A program made the translations under genes and the position numbers. A stretch of 63,823 nucleotides of DNA, the filler included, from Octopus bimaculoides (lineage: Eukaryota), in assembly GCF_001194135.2 (NCBI RefSeq). It is 5 parts of 4 records of this genome, joined end to end, with 100 filler letters (N's around TTAATTAATTAA, not from the genome) between each part and the next. Parts side by side here need not be neighbours in the genome. Positions count along the whole stretch, not along the records: positions 47,982 to 55,192 come from NC_068981.1; positions 55,293 to 63,823 come from NC_069000.1; 3 more parts are not named here. One strand, written 5' to 3'. The notes below the pieces were generated by a model. The model was not told where the DNA came from. It was given only the letters and a program-made list of their open reading frames with translations, and searched no databases. Positions 52,467-63,823 of the stretch are shown piece after piece. The first letter of the stretch is position 1, and each line of letters opens with the position of its first letter.

Positions 52467-53317
52467 TGTATGTATGTATGTATGTATGTGTGTGTGTATG
52501 TATGTATGTGTACATGTATAAAGTATGTGTGTCTATGTATGTATGTATGTATGTACGTATGCATGTATGTATGCCAATATTCAGTTTATTTCAAAATTCC
52601 TTGCCAACAGAGAAAGAACCGGTTTCAAACCTAGATACAAGGCTCCTTCATTGGAATTTTTACATCAACAACGGGGTATATTTGTATGTATGTATGCATG
52701 CATGCATACAAGCATGTATGTATGAAAGTATATACGTCTGAATATGTGTGTGTGTATGTATAAATGTAAATATGTATGTGTGTGTGAGTATATGTGCAAA
52801 TAGACGTATATGTGTGTGTTGGTGTATAAGATATACATGCATATATACATGCATATCCATAAGTGTGTATGTATGCACGCGTGTGTGTGTGTGTCCGTGT
52901 GTAAGCTTTTCGATTTTGGAATATTGTAATATTGCAGCAAAGACTATATACATATGTTTTATGCATATACTATGCCATAAAAATAATATCTGCTTTCAAA
53001 TAGAAAGATAGCTGATGACTGTATTGCATAGCATTCCTCATATATCATATGTGAATGCGTGAGTGTGTAGCTGTTTTTTTGTTGTTGCTGTATTTTTTGT
53101 TCTTTTATGTATGCTAACTTTTTCTACAAAAAAACTGCTTTTGTGCAGATTTACATAGCCAATATGAAAATCGATATAAAATGACAGCCACGTGAGAATT
53201 AAAAACCATGTCTCTTTTATTCGACGCCACGGTGTAATTACTGCTATTCCATAAACCAGCTGACAAATCACCAGCCTTCATGTTAACCCTTTACAACATC
53301 GTCACAATATGTAAGGG

Positions 53318-53980
53318 AAATATTCTTTTCTGTTCCAGGCACAAGGCCTGAAATTTGGGGGGAGGGGGCAAGTCGATTAGATCAACCTCAGTACGTAACT
53401 GGTACTTAATTTATCGATCCGAAAGGATGAAAGGTAAAGTCCACTTCAGCGGAATTTGAACTCAGAGCATAAAGACAGACGAAATACCGCTAAGCATTTC
53501 GACCGGCGTGCTAACGTTTCTTATTTCTTTACTGCCCACAAGGGGCTAAACATAGAGGGGACAAACAAGGACAGACAAAAGGATTAAGTCGATTACATCG
53601 ACCCCAGTGCGTAACTGGTACTTATTTAATCGACCCCGAAAGGAGAAAGGCTAAGTAGACCTCGGCAGAATTTGAACTCAGAACGTAGCAACAAACGAAA
53701 TAGCGCTAAGCATTTCGCCCGGCGTGCGAACGTTTCTGCCAGCTCACCGCGCTACCTGATGAAAATATTCTTTTCTACTTTGGGGACGAGGCCCGAAATC
53801 TTGTGGGATAGGTCCAGTGGATTAGATTGACCTCAGTACGCAACTGGTACTTAATTTATCGACTCCGAAAGGATAAAAGGCAAAGTCGACCTCGGCGGAA
53901 TTTGAACTCAGAACGTAAAGACAGACAAAATACCGCAAAACATTTCGCCCGGCGTGCTAACGTTTCTGCAAGCTCATCGC
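53318..53980 (-). mobile_element. Cluster of three SINE family A copies, one with the alternative tail
   Basis: Three repeats of cgtaactggtacttaatttatcga and gaatttgaactcaga. Confidence 0.92.
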
Positions 53981-54594
53981 TTTATGCAAGAACAATATTA
54001 GCCATCCTCACCGTATCTTATCTTCTATTTCCCCTTGTTTTTCTTCTTTTTATTTTTGCTTCTTTTTTTTAACTTCTTTAAGTCGTTGGGCTGAAGGGTT
54101 TTACACCGAATAGATTTACCCCAGTACTTATTTATTCTTCTTAAGTCCACTGCTCATTCTATCGGGTTTTCTCTTGTCGAACCACTAAGTTACTGGGATG
54201 TAAACAAACCAACACCGGTTATAAAACAATGTGGTGTGGACAAACACAGATATAAAGCCTAGCGCACACATGTATATACATACATATATACATACATACA
54301 TGCCTGCATGCATGCATATTAAACACACACGCACACGCATGCACACACGCACGCACGTATACACACACACACGCACATATATATACATATATATATTACA
54401 AAATATCCTTTTTCCTACTAACATGGAATGAACACTTCTTGTGATAGCATGAAACTGTAATATTATCACTAACTTAGTCATGATTAGTACAAGCGAAACC
54501 GAATATATTTTATTTCATAAGAAATATATTTACACATTTTGTCCAAATACACTTTGATTTGCTACATGAAAATAAGATTATCGAACCTTTTCAC

Positions 54595-54690
<96 letters not shown>

Positions 54691-54769
54691 CGTGAGTGTG
54701 TGTGTGTGTGTGTATATATAATAATACAAATGATATATGAGCATATGCATGTATACATACATATATGAG

Positions 54770-54965
54770 CATACCTACATCTACATCTATATATAGATGC
54801 ATATCCGGAGACAGGACGTCAAAAAACGTGGACAAAAAAGAAACGGGAACATAGACAAGGCACAAAAAACAGACTTTTTCTTTTTACGAAACAACAGAAT
54901 GAACAGATAGGAAAACAGACGAGCCACTTATGGAACTTTTCCTTCATCAGCTGCCTCTATTCTAA
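54770..54965 (-). mobile_element. Family D fragment
   Basis: Minus strand cagctgatgaaggaaaagttcc...gacgtcctgtctccggatatgcatc. Confidence 0.65.
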
Positions 54966-55124
54966 ACTAGGCGAGTCTCATTTTGAATATGGGAACCGGT
55001 ATTAAGGAAGGATAAGAGAATATTACATTTATAAGTCCTAAAATTCACTCCATAATTGCCCACAGGCATATGGCGGAGTGCAAGTTACAAACCCCAAGCT
55101 TCCGAGTTCGATTCCAGGCAGTGA

Positions 55125-55192
<68 letters not shown>

Positions 55193-55292
55193 NNNNNNNN
55201 NNNNNNNNNNNNNNNNNNNNNNNNNNNNNNNNNNNNTTAATTAATTAANNNNNNNNNNNNNNNNNNNNNNNNNNNNNNNNNNNNNNNNNNNN

Positions 55293-55425
55293 TGAGTGGT
55301 CGATCTTAACCCTAACCCTGTCCCTAACCCGCGTGTGCAAATGAATACGTGTTTAGGGTTAGGATCGACCACTCACGACTAGCTAGCGCGGACGGATCCG
55401 CATCCGCGCTGCTTTAGTAGTACCC
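55293..55425 (+). mobile_element. Helitron/Helentron-like 3' terminus
   Basis: 23-bp inverted repeat carrying TAACCC/TTAGGG units, then GC hairpin AGCGCGGA/TCCGCGCT about 10 nt before ...TAGTAG|T. Confidence 0.45.
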
Positions 55426-56950
55426 TTAAGCGAAGGAATCCGAAAAATTTTTTTTAAATAAAATGCATTTTTCAAGGAGAGGTGTGAAACTGCGTTAATG
55501 TATAAATGGAAAGAGCGTGTACATTATACGGCTTTCCTACACATGTGTGCCCCTCTCCCGACTTTCATAACTTCCAGAAAAATGGATGTTGGTCTACGCT
55601 TCAGATAGTGTACATTCTGATTATATCGGAATTTGTTGGGAAAAAGATTTTCTGTGAGTGGGAAGAGACTTTCAGAAAATTCAGATGAGTTAACTTTGTT
55701 TCCTCATAACTTTCTGAAAAATAGATATTACCATTTTTTGTAAACGTTAACCATTAATCTATTTCGATACCCGGGTCAAGTTGTAAACATTAACCCTTTT
55801 TTTTTTTTNNNNNNNNNNNNNNNNNNNNNNNNNNNNNNNNNNNNNNNNNNNNNNNNNNNNNNNNNNNNNNNNNNNNNNNNNNNNNNNNNNNNNNNNNNNN
55901 NNNNNNNNGGATCAACTGGAACCCTCGACGTCGTAAGCGACGGATTGCCAACAACAGTAATATGCTATAGAGATTATGTTTCTGTTGCTTATTTATTTAT
56001 TACCCGGAGACGAATACGAACATAACCAATCGATACAACCCGGAACTAACAGTACAGTATAGTATAAACGTTATTGCTGTTTTGCCAGGCGTCGTAAATG
56101 AATGCTGTATTTGATATTTATTTGATATTTTAGAAAGATCAACGTATCTTCGGAAATGACGAATAGAATGTACTTGATTACATACAAATCGCTTGAAAAT
56201 AGCTCAGCGTCTTTATCGTTGTTGTCCATTGTAATTTGAAGGAAACGAAATGTTTTTCATTTTTTTCCTTCCAGCATACGAAAAAGGGACAAACTAGTAG
56301 ACTGCTCGTATATAAAGACATACATACATTCAAACATGCTTACATACATACACACATACATACATACATACATACATACATAATACATACATACATACAT
56401 ATATTTATATATACACAGAAGTAGTAATATTGAGAGACTCTTATCTACAAAAGAACAAACGAGGGAAGAAGAGATTTAAAATCAATACACATAGCTTTCG
56501 AGTGCGTTATGATATCAGACTGCACCTGCTAAGCTATAACAGTAACAATAATTACATCAGCTAATTGCTGAAAAACGGAAGTGAATAACAGCCAAGGCTG
56601 AAGAAACGTTCGCTTCTTGATAACCTCCCATATGAACCCAGAAAGGCAGAACTAGCATAAAAGAGAAACACTCTGTATCCCACAAAAATGTTGTGCATGG
56701 GTATTCTTCCCGTAAACTTGAAGAGAAGGGAAGTACAGTAACATGAAGTGTAGTCTCTCTTGGACTAGTAACCATCACATCATGTTACGGTGTAATTAAT
56801 AATCAAAACACTTGAATTTTACAAACTCTCAAACGTATTTGAAGACTCAGAGGAGAAATTTGCAGCCTGAAATGAGATGCAAAGAATTTAAAATATAATT
56901 TGACGAATTTGAAATATTTTAGCTATTTTAGTTATCGTATAGCCACAATA

Positions 56951-57025
56951 GTTTTCTCTCTCATCCTTCATCTAATTCCCTTTTTCTCTTCTTCACCGTT
57001 TTCTATCTGTCTCTCTCCCCCTCTT

Positions 57026-57086
<61 letters not shown>

Positions 57087-57500
57087 GCACACACGTGACC
57101 ATCGTCCATCTTTCTTTTCCTCACGTAATCATCTTTTCTTTCAAGACTATCCTAAAGACTGGACGTATTCTATCTCTCTCTTCTATCTTTTCTCTTGTCA
57201 AAGAAAATATTTCTCCAGCGTTCGCTATTTTACCCTCGTTCTGGTCTAGCGACACCCATCTTTGTTTCCGTTCGGTTTCCTTGTATGCCTTCACTGTCCT
57301 GTTTTTGTTACCAGCTTTGACCCTCCATAAATCCCAAATTTTATTTTGGTACATATGGGAGCAACTAACTGTCTTCGAAGACTCATATAGTCGTTCATGC
57401 TCGAAATGAGGAGTAGATAGACAGCCAACAACTGATGAAGGGTCGTTCTTTATGTTATTTGTCCTGTTTTCCACTTGTTTCTTTCGTTGTTTGCGTATTT
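56951..57500 (+). mobile_element. Family D long copy; the first ~260 bp is duplicated at 58372-58593
   Basis: Direct sequence identity between the two segments; caactgatgaaggg at 57430. Confidence 0.7.
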
Positions 57501-57534
57501 AACTCATTTGTTTTCGTATTTCATGTTGTTGATT

Positions 57535-57760
57535 GTTGGTGCGTGGAGTGCGGACAATAAGATTGGAGGCGGTGAAAGGGAGACGGGAGGAGGAGATGAG
57601 GTTATGGATAGTGGATGAGGTCAGTCTGTTGGTAGCTAGGCGTGGGGTTGAAGGGCAGAGGGCAATAGAAGGAGGTGTCTTGAAGTTGGCGGAGAGCTTC
57701 AGCTTTGTAGAGGTCTGCGCCACAACACCAAACCGGATGGTACGTAGTTTTCCTATTAGG
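57535..57760 (-). mobile_element. Penelope-like element RT N-terminal fragment (GC-richer lineage)
   Basis: ADLYKAEALRQLQDTSFY..NPT then, after a frameshift, STIHNLISSSRLPFTASNLIVRTPRT; this is the region preceding the LPKIHK motif in PLE RTs. Confidence 0.8.
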
Positions 57761-58230
57761 AAAACACTTCATCTTACGTTGCTCTGCGATCACTTAGACA
57801 NNNNNNNNNNNNNNNNNNNNNNNNNNNNNNNNNNNNNNNNNNNNNNNNNNNNNNNNNNNNNNNNNNNNNNNNNNNNNNNNNNNNNNNNNNNNNNNNNNNN
57901 NNNNNNNNNNNNNNNNNNNNNNNNNNNNNNNNNNNNNNNNNNNNNNNNNNNNNNNNNNNNNNNNNNNNNNNNNNNNNNNNNNNNNNNNNNNNNNNNNNNN
58001 NNNNNNNNNNNNNNNNNNNNNNNNNNNNNNNNNNNNNNNNNNNNNNNNNNNNNNNNNNNNNNNNNNNNNNNNNNNNNNNNNNNNNNNNNNNNNNNNNNNN
58101 NNNNNNNNNNNNNNNNNNNNNNNNNNNNNNNNNNNNNNNNNNNATACTGGGTCGATTCGTTGAACAAAAATTCAAGGCGGTAAGCAAGCATAGCCGCGCA
58201 GTCTAACGGCTGAAACAAGTAATGAATCGG

Positions 58231-58271
<41 letters not shown>

Positions 58272-59407
58272 TTATTTTATAATTTGATTGAACGCCACGC
58301 ATCTATTTCAAAGTAAGTTTACCTTAATCTTTTTGATGCGACTCTACTCTATACTGCTTTCTCCCTTTATCGTTTTCTCTCTCATCCTTCATCTAATTCC
58401 CTTTTTCTTTCCTTCACCGTTTTCTATCTGTCTCTCTCCCTCTCTTTCTTCCTTACTCTCTCTCTCGTTGCTCACACGTGACCATCGTCCATCTTTCTTT
58501 TCCTCACGTAATCATCTCTCTATTCTTTCAGGGCTGCCCTAAAGACTAGACGTATTCTATCTCTCTCTTCTATCTCTTCGTTGTTGAGAAAATTGTGTAT
58601 TTTCGAGATCCGTGGTGTGTGTCTGAGTTTGTTTCCCGCCATCGCTTGACAGCCGGCGTCAGTGCGTTTACGTTCCCATAACTTTGCGTTTCGGCCAGCA
58701 AAGTGGACCAGGATTTGAAAAAAAATTCGTTGAACAAAAATTCAAGGCGGTAAGCAAGCATAGCCGCGTAGTCTAACGGCTGAAACAAGTAATGAATCGG
58801 ACACACACACATACACACACACACTACCTTTCATAATGGTAGCTTTATGAAAGGTAACTTTCACAAAGGTAGGTCGTGACTTAAACCCTAAGCTTTATCA
58901 TTATAAGAAANNNNNNNNNNNNNNNNNNNNNNNNNNNNNNNNNNNNNNNNNNNNNNNNNNNNNNNNNNNNNNNNNNNNNNNNNNNNNNNNNNNNNNNNNN
59001 NNNNNNNNNNNNNNNNNNNNNNNNNNNNNNNNNNNNNNNNNNNNNNNNNNNNNNNNNNNNNNNNNNNNNNNNNNNNNNNNNNNNNNNNNNNNNNNNNNNN
59101 NNNNNNNNNNNNNNNNNNNNNNNNNNNNNNNNNNNNNNNNNNNNNNNNNNNNNNNNNNNNNNNNNNNNNNNNNNNNNNNNNNNNNNNNNNNNNNNNNNNN
59201 NNNNNNNNNNNNNNNNNNNNNNNNNNNNNNNNNNNNNNNNNNNNNNNNNNNNNNNNNNNNNNNNNNNNNNNNNNNNNNNNNNNNNNNNNNNNNNNNNNNN
59301 NNNNNNNNNNNNNNNNNNNNNNNNNNNNNNNNNNNNNNNNNNNNNNNNNNNNNNNNNNNNNNNNNNNNNNNNNNNNNNNNNNNNNNNNNNNNNNNNNNNN
59401 NNNNNNN

Positions 59408-59460
<53 letters not shown>

Positions 59461-59889
59461 TAGTAGTACTACTACCACTACCGCTACCGCTGCTTCTGCT
59501 GCTGCTGTTGTTGTCAAAGCAACCAATACTACCATTACCACCAAGGCAGGTAGACAGGTATGTAGTTAGGACAAAGGAACACACACATACACACACACAC
59601 TACCTTTCATAATGGTAGCTTTATGAAAGGTAACTTTCACAAAGGTAGGTCGTGACTTAAACCCTAAGCTTTATCATTATAAGAAATAGCCACCATATAT
59701 TGCTATACATCCCCACTTCCTCCTGTCTATCTCTTTTTGTCTGTCTTTCTCTCGCTTTGTTTTTTCTCTCTCTCTCTGTATCTCCCTTAGTATCTCTCTC
59801 TCTCTCTCTTTTTCTCCTTCTCTCTCAAAACTCCTACCAGTCTAATCTGTCCTAGGCCGTTCCCAAATAACAGTTTGCAGTATATCTTT

Positions 59890-60285
59890 TATTTTCTTTT
59901 ATTTGTTTCAATCATTTGACTGCGGCCATGCTGGAGTACCACCGCGAAGGAAGGATTTTAGTCGAACAAATCGACCTCAGAACCTTGTTTTTAAGCCTAG
60001 TACTTATTCTATCGGTCTCTTTTGCCGAACCCCTAAGTTACGGGCACGTAACGCACCAACACCGATCGTCAAGCGGTGCTGGGGCGGGGTGGGGTAGACA
60101 AATACACACACACACACACACACAACACACACACATATATACGACGGGCTTCTTTCAGTTTCCGCCTACCAAATCCACTCACATGGCTTTAGTCGGCCCG
60201 AGTCTATAATAGATGACACTTGCTTAAGGTGCCACGCAGAGGGACTGAACCTGGAACCCCGTGATTGGGAAGCAAGCTTCTTATT
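59890..60285 (-). mobile_element. SINE family B
   Basis: Family consensus visible throughout; the head is interrupted by the alternative-tail module at about 60281. Confidence 0.9.
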
Positions 60286-60604
60286 TCTTTATTGTCCACA
60301 AGGGGCTTNNNNNNNNNNNNNNNNNNNNNNNNNNNNNNNNNNNNNNNNNNNNNNNNNNNNNNNNNNNNNNNNNNNNNNNNNNNNNNNNNNNNNNNNNNNN
60401 NNNNNNNNNNNNNNNNNNNNNNNNNNNNNNNNNNNNNNNNNNNNNNNNNNNNNNNNNNNNNNNNNNNNNNNNNNNNNNNNNNNNNNNNNNNNNNNNNNNN
60501 NNNNNNNNNNNNNNNNNNNNNNNNNNNNNNNNNNNNNNNNNNNNNNNNNNNNNNNNNNNNNNNNNNNNNNNNNNNNNNNNNNNNNNNNNNNNNNNNNNNN
60601 NNNN

Positions 60605-60674
<70 letters not shown>

Positions 60675-61289
60675 ATTTATGTATGTATGACTTCTACGCA
60701 GTTTCCATCTTTCAATTTCATACACAGGGCATTAGTCGGTGTGGGTCTATAATACAAAACACTTGCTCGAGGTGCTATGCAGTAGAACTGGATCCGAAAA
60801 CGTGCAGTTGCAAAGTGAGGCTTCTTATCCACATAGCCATGGCTTGCACGTATAAATTTTTTTTAGAAAATTGTTTTTTTATTTAAATATTAAAAAAAAA
60901 AACCGTTGCTTGTGGAAGATTATTGATTTGCCAAAATAGGTCAAGTCGTCTCGATAATAAAAGAAGGCTGTTTTGGCAATTGCTGATATATTTGGTGATA
61001 TCAAATAACATCCATCACCGACAAGAGAGTTCTGTTTGAAACGTTACACTTCTGCTTTTGCTCACGGCACACCGATTTATTCTTTTTTGTTTCCAACTGT
61101 TTTATATCTACTAATTGTTGACGTAGAGAAAGCACTAGTTCCATCGGATCGTTTACCATTTTCTACCCAATAAAGGAACATTTCGAACGACATTGTTTTA
61201 TGTTTATTTTAATTTGAAAAGGTTTAGTTTTTTTTTTTTATATTAAGGGACATTTTTATGTTTCAGGTTCTATATGTGACTGTTTAATC

Positions 61290-61412
61290 ATGCCACGTAC
61301 AAAAGAAGCAGCCTTTGAACTGTCTAAATTTCAAAGAAGCCGTATTGTGGGTCAATCTGAAGAAAACCTTGGGATCCCGCTATCTACAGTTATTAGGGTG
61401 ATTGTGCAATTC
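61290..61412 (+). mobile_element. Tc1-like transposase N-terminal (HTH) remnant
   Basis: [41 protein letters not shown]; internally deleted and truncated. Confidence 0.75.
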
Positions 61413-61585
61413 CCTTATATATATATAAGTCACTTCAGGGTCATGGATTAAAGACAGATGAAATTCCGTGTGAAAGGACGGTTGGATTGTAAAAATTAAT
61501 TCAAATGTCTATGCACTATGAGCGTGAGCGTTAACTATTCAATCATATATGAATTACAATTAAAAAACAACAAAAACACACACAG

Positions 61586-61632
<47 letters not shown>

Positions 61633-61859
61633 TACATGCATACATACATACATACATACATACATACATACAAAAATACACTGTTGTTGCTGTTGAAATT
61701 CCAATGAAGGAACCTTGGATCTAGGTTAGAAACCGGTTCTTTCTCTATTGGCAGGAAATTTTGAAATAAACTGAATAATGACATACATACATACATACAT
61801 ACATANNNNNNNNNNNNNNNNNNNNNNNNNNNNNNNNNNNNNNNNNNNNNNNNNNAATC

Positions 61860-62400
61860 AAGCGATTTTATTGTACGAGTTGAAAATGGAACATCAACCA
61901 ACGTACAACTGAAAATCAGTTCCTAGGATTACGTAAAAGAAAACGAGATTCTGGAAAGTGTGGAAGTCCGTGTGTGGATGACTTCCTGCAAGTTAGAATG
62001 ATCATGTGGGAGCCATTACTAAAGCAGAAACTCGAGAAGTTACAGAACAACTAAGTGTTAAACATTCAGTAACTTTCCAAAATTTGAACCTCACTCGGAA
62101 AGCGGAAAAGCTTGTGAAATAGTTGCTGCACGAACTGAACGAAAAAGAAGTGGTTGTTATACTTTTCTTTTTTCTTTTTGCTCGACGAAAACGATCAATT
62201 TCTTGATCACACTCTAGCATGTGTCGAAAAATGAATTCTATACAACTGAGAATGTTTCGTACAGTGGCCGAACCGAAGTGTAGGATCAAAATACCTTCTC
62301 AAACTAAAGTTACATAAAAAGACTTATGATCACTGTTTGTTGATTGGCAAGTGGAATCCTCAACTATCATTTCTTGAAAATAAAGGTAAATGATGCGATT
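61860..62400 (+). mobile_element. Mariner transposase pseudogene fragment
   Basis: TREVTEQLSVKHS, KLVK*LLHELNEK (WVPHEL) and ENDQFLDHTLACVEK*ILYN (TCDEKW). Confidence 0.85.
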
Positions 62401-62542
62401 TAAGATTGAGAAAACATACGAATCGCATATGACTGATCTTTTTTGTTTTTTTGTTTTTTTTGTTCATTGGTGTATAGTGAAGAAAGGGTTGGCTATTATC
62501 ACAAACTACTAAACAAGAAAACTCCCACTGAGCAGCTGAAAC

Positions 62543-62776
62543 TTAACCCTTTCGATACCAACCTACCTGAGATCCCCCCCCCCTATTTTTATGACACTGC
62601 TTTAAAGCGTTGTAAATTAAAACCTGCCATTAACATTTTTATATTAATTTAATTTTCCAAACAACAGCTTAGAAATGGCGAAATTATTTCAGGAAATTAT
62701 TTATTCTGTTCAAAATCATTTGAAACAAAAGCGGTATAGCTTAACGAAAAGAAATATACTAACAAAAATGGTTTAA
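62543..62776. mobile_element. TTAA-flanked piggyBac-like MITE
   Basis: Begins TTAA-CCCTTTCGATACC and ends with degenerate ...aaaatggtTTAA; AT-rich interior. Confidence 0.55.
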
Positions 62777-63769
62777 AAAAACAAAAAAACCGACAAGCTC
62801 CAACTGGCATAGATAAATAAATGACAATTTTCATGTTTTGTTTAGTAGTAGTAGTAGTAAAGGTGGTGGTGCTAGTGTAGTGGGAGATGATGGTGGTGGT
62901 GGCGGTGATGTTAATGCTGTAGGATATACGGTACACAAGCAAGACGGCCGAACGATCAAGTGCGACTCACAGATCTGTCTACCCCAATATGCTTGTACAT
63001 TGTCTCTCCACCTAGTCTGGGCGGATCATTTAACACACGGTGGCACAGAGTCGGAATAAGATTTTGTAAATCACTTGGGTTACAGCGTTTTAAGACAACT
63101 TAACCTCTGGGGGCACTCTACGTAGTGGACTTCCTTGGGCCCGTGCTTTCATCCTTCACTGCTCTGGTATGCAGTGATGTGGGATGGAGTATATATATAA
63201 AATGTTGGTTCTACTGTTCTCATGTGTGAGTAATACGTGGATTGTCTTACACCTGTTTGTGAGTGGTATGTACATGTTGTCGTTGTTACTCCCCCACCTC
63301 TCTCACTCTGTGCAGTGAGTGTGTTATTGGTAAAACGTGAGGTGAGTAAAGTGTAATGATTTAGGAATTTGCTTGTCGAGCGGAAATGTAGAAGTTTTTG
63401 GAAGTAAAGCCATGTGTGCAGGTGACATTGGGGAACCTGAAATAGTGATAGTAGTGGTGGTCAACTGCTAACAGCGCTAGGCGATGATGATGATGATGAT
63501 GATGAGGATGACGATGGGATCGAGAAAAAATACCTGTCACCTTCAGAATCAGTAGAGCGAGAAGCTATGTCACGCACAGCTCAATTCATTGTTTGCTACT
63601 TCCCTTCTTGACGCAATCTTTTTCTCTCGCTTAGTACCCCCTCCCCAACCATACACATTTATATGAGTAAACAAACACACATATACATGCACACACATTC
63701 ACACACACTCACACACACATACATATGTATGTATACACGTCACTGCTTGGACCCGTCACCCTGTAGTTT

Positions 63770-63823
<54 letters not shown>

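Larger units (their letters stand above)
1..63823. repeat. Pervasive simple repeats ((TA)n, (CA)n, (GA)n, (TATG)n, (GATA)n, (AAT)n, (GAT)n, (TAG)n), many abutting assembly gaps
   Basis: Directly visible throughout; they account for most YI/HT/CV/LS-rich ORFs in the track. Confidence 0.98.

Noticed and set aside
26503-55248. TTAATTAATTAA islands inside N runs (about 26503, 38451, 47926 and 55237)
   Set aside because: The same 12-mer with stops in all six frames, always flanked by Ns, is a scaffolding spacer and not biology
58810-59690. Identical ~105-bp sequence on both sides of a gap, containing a 12-bp inverted repeat TACCTTTCATAA/TTATGAAAGGTA
   Set aside because: Perfect identity across a gap is most simply an unmerged contig overlap
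7312-60752. Long ORFs in the track (e.g. 11666-12526, 19249-20121, 30287-31312, 50573-51322)
   Set aside because: They are read-through of N gaps and dinucleotide repeats
62960-63040. Minus-strand NDPP word before a gtgagt donor, suggesting a cadherin EC linker
   Set aside because: It lacks the DxND context and other EC motifs

Overview
Eukaryotic, AT-rich, draft-quality genomic DNA with many N gaps and pervasive microsatellites. The SINE families and overall texture suggest a cephalopod (octopus-like) genome; this is an inference, not a database result. Nearly all ORFs in the supplied track are microsatellite or N read-through artefacts. The supportable content is as follows. (1) Two phase-compatible minus-strand exons (42663-42751, 39878-39970) encode a segment resembling the membrane-adjacent domain of cadherin-23/Cad87A-type cadherins, and several weaker candidate exons and promoter motifs belong to other genes. 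(2) There are five separate Penelope-like element (PLE) fragments with RT and/or GIY-YIG remnants. (3) There is a set of hammerhead-ribozyme (HHR) motifs. The best is a complete type I HHR with a greatly enlarged stem II at 41241-41369. It sits in one arm of an inverted-repeat PLE inside the cadherin intron, and the host-sense copy of the same HHR has lost its catalytic half. A second HHR lies in a ~376-nt direct-repeat-bounded, retrozyme-like unit at 29.35-29.78 kb. (4) The rest is decayed RTE/CR1-type LINEs, mariner/Tc1 remnants, MITEs, a Helitron-like terminus and many tRNA-derived SINEs.
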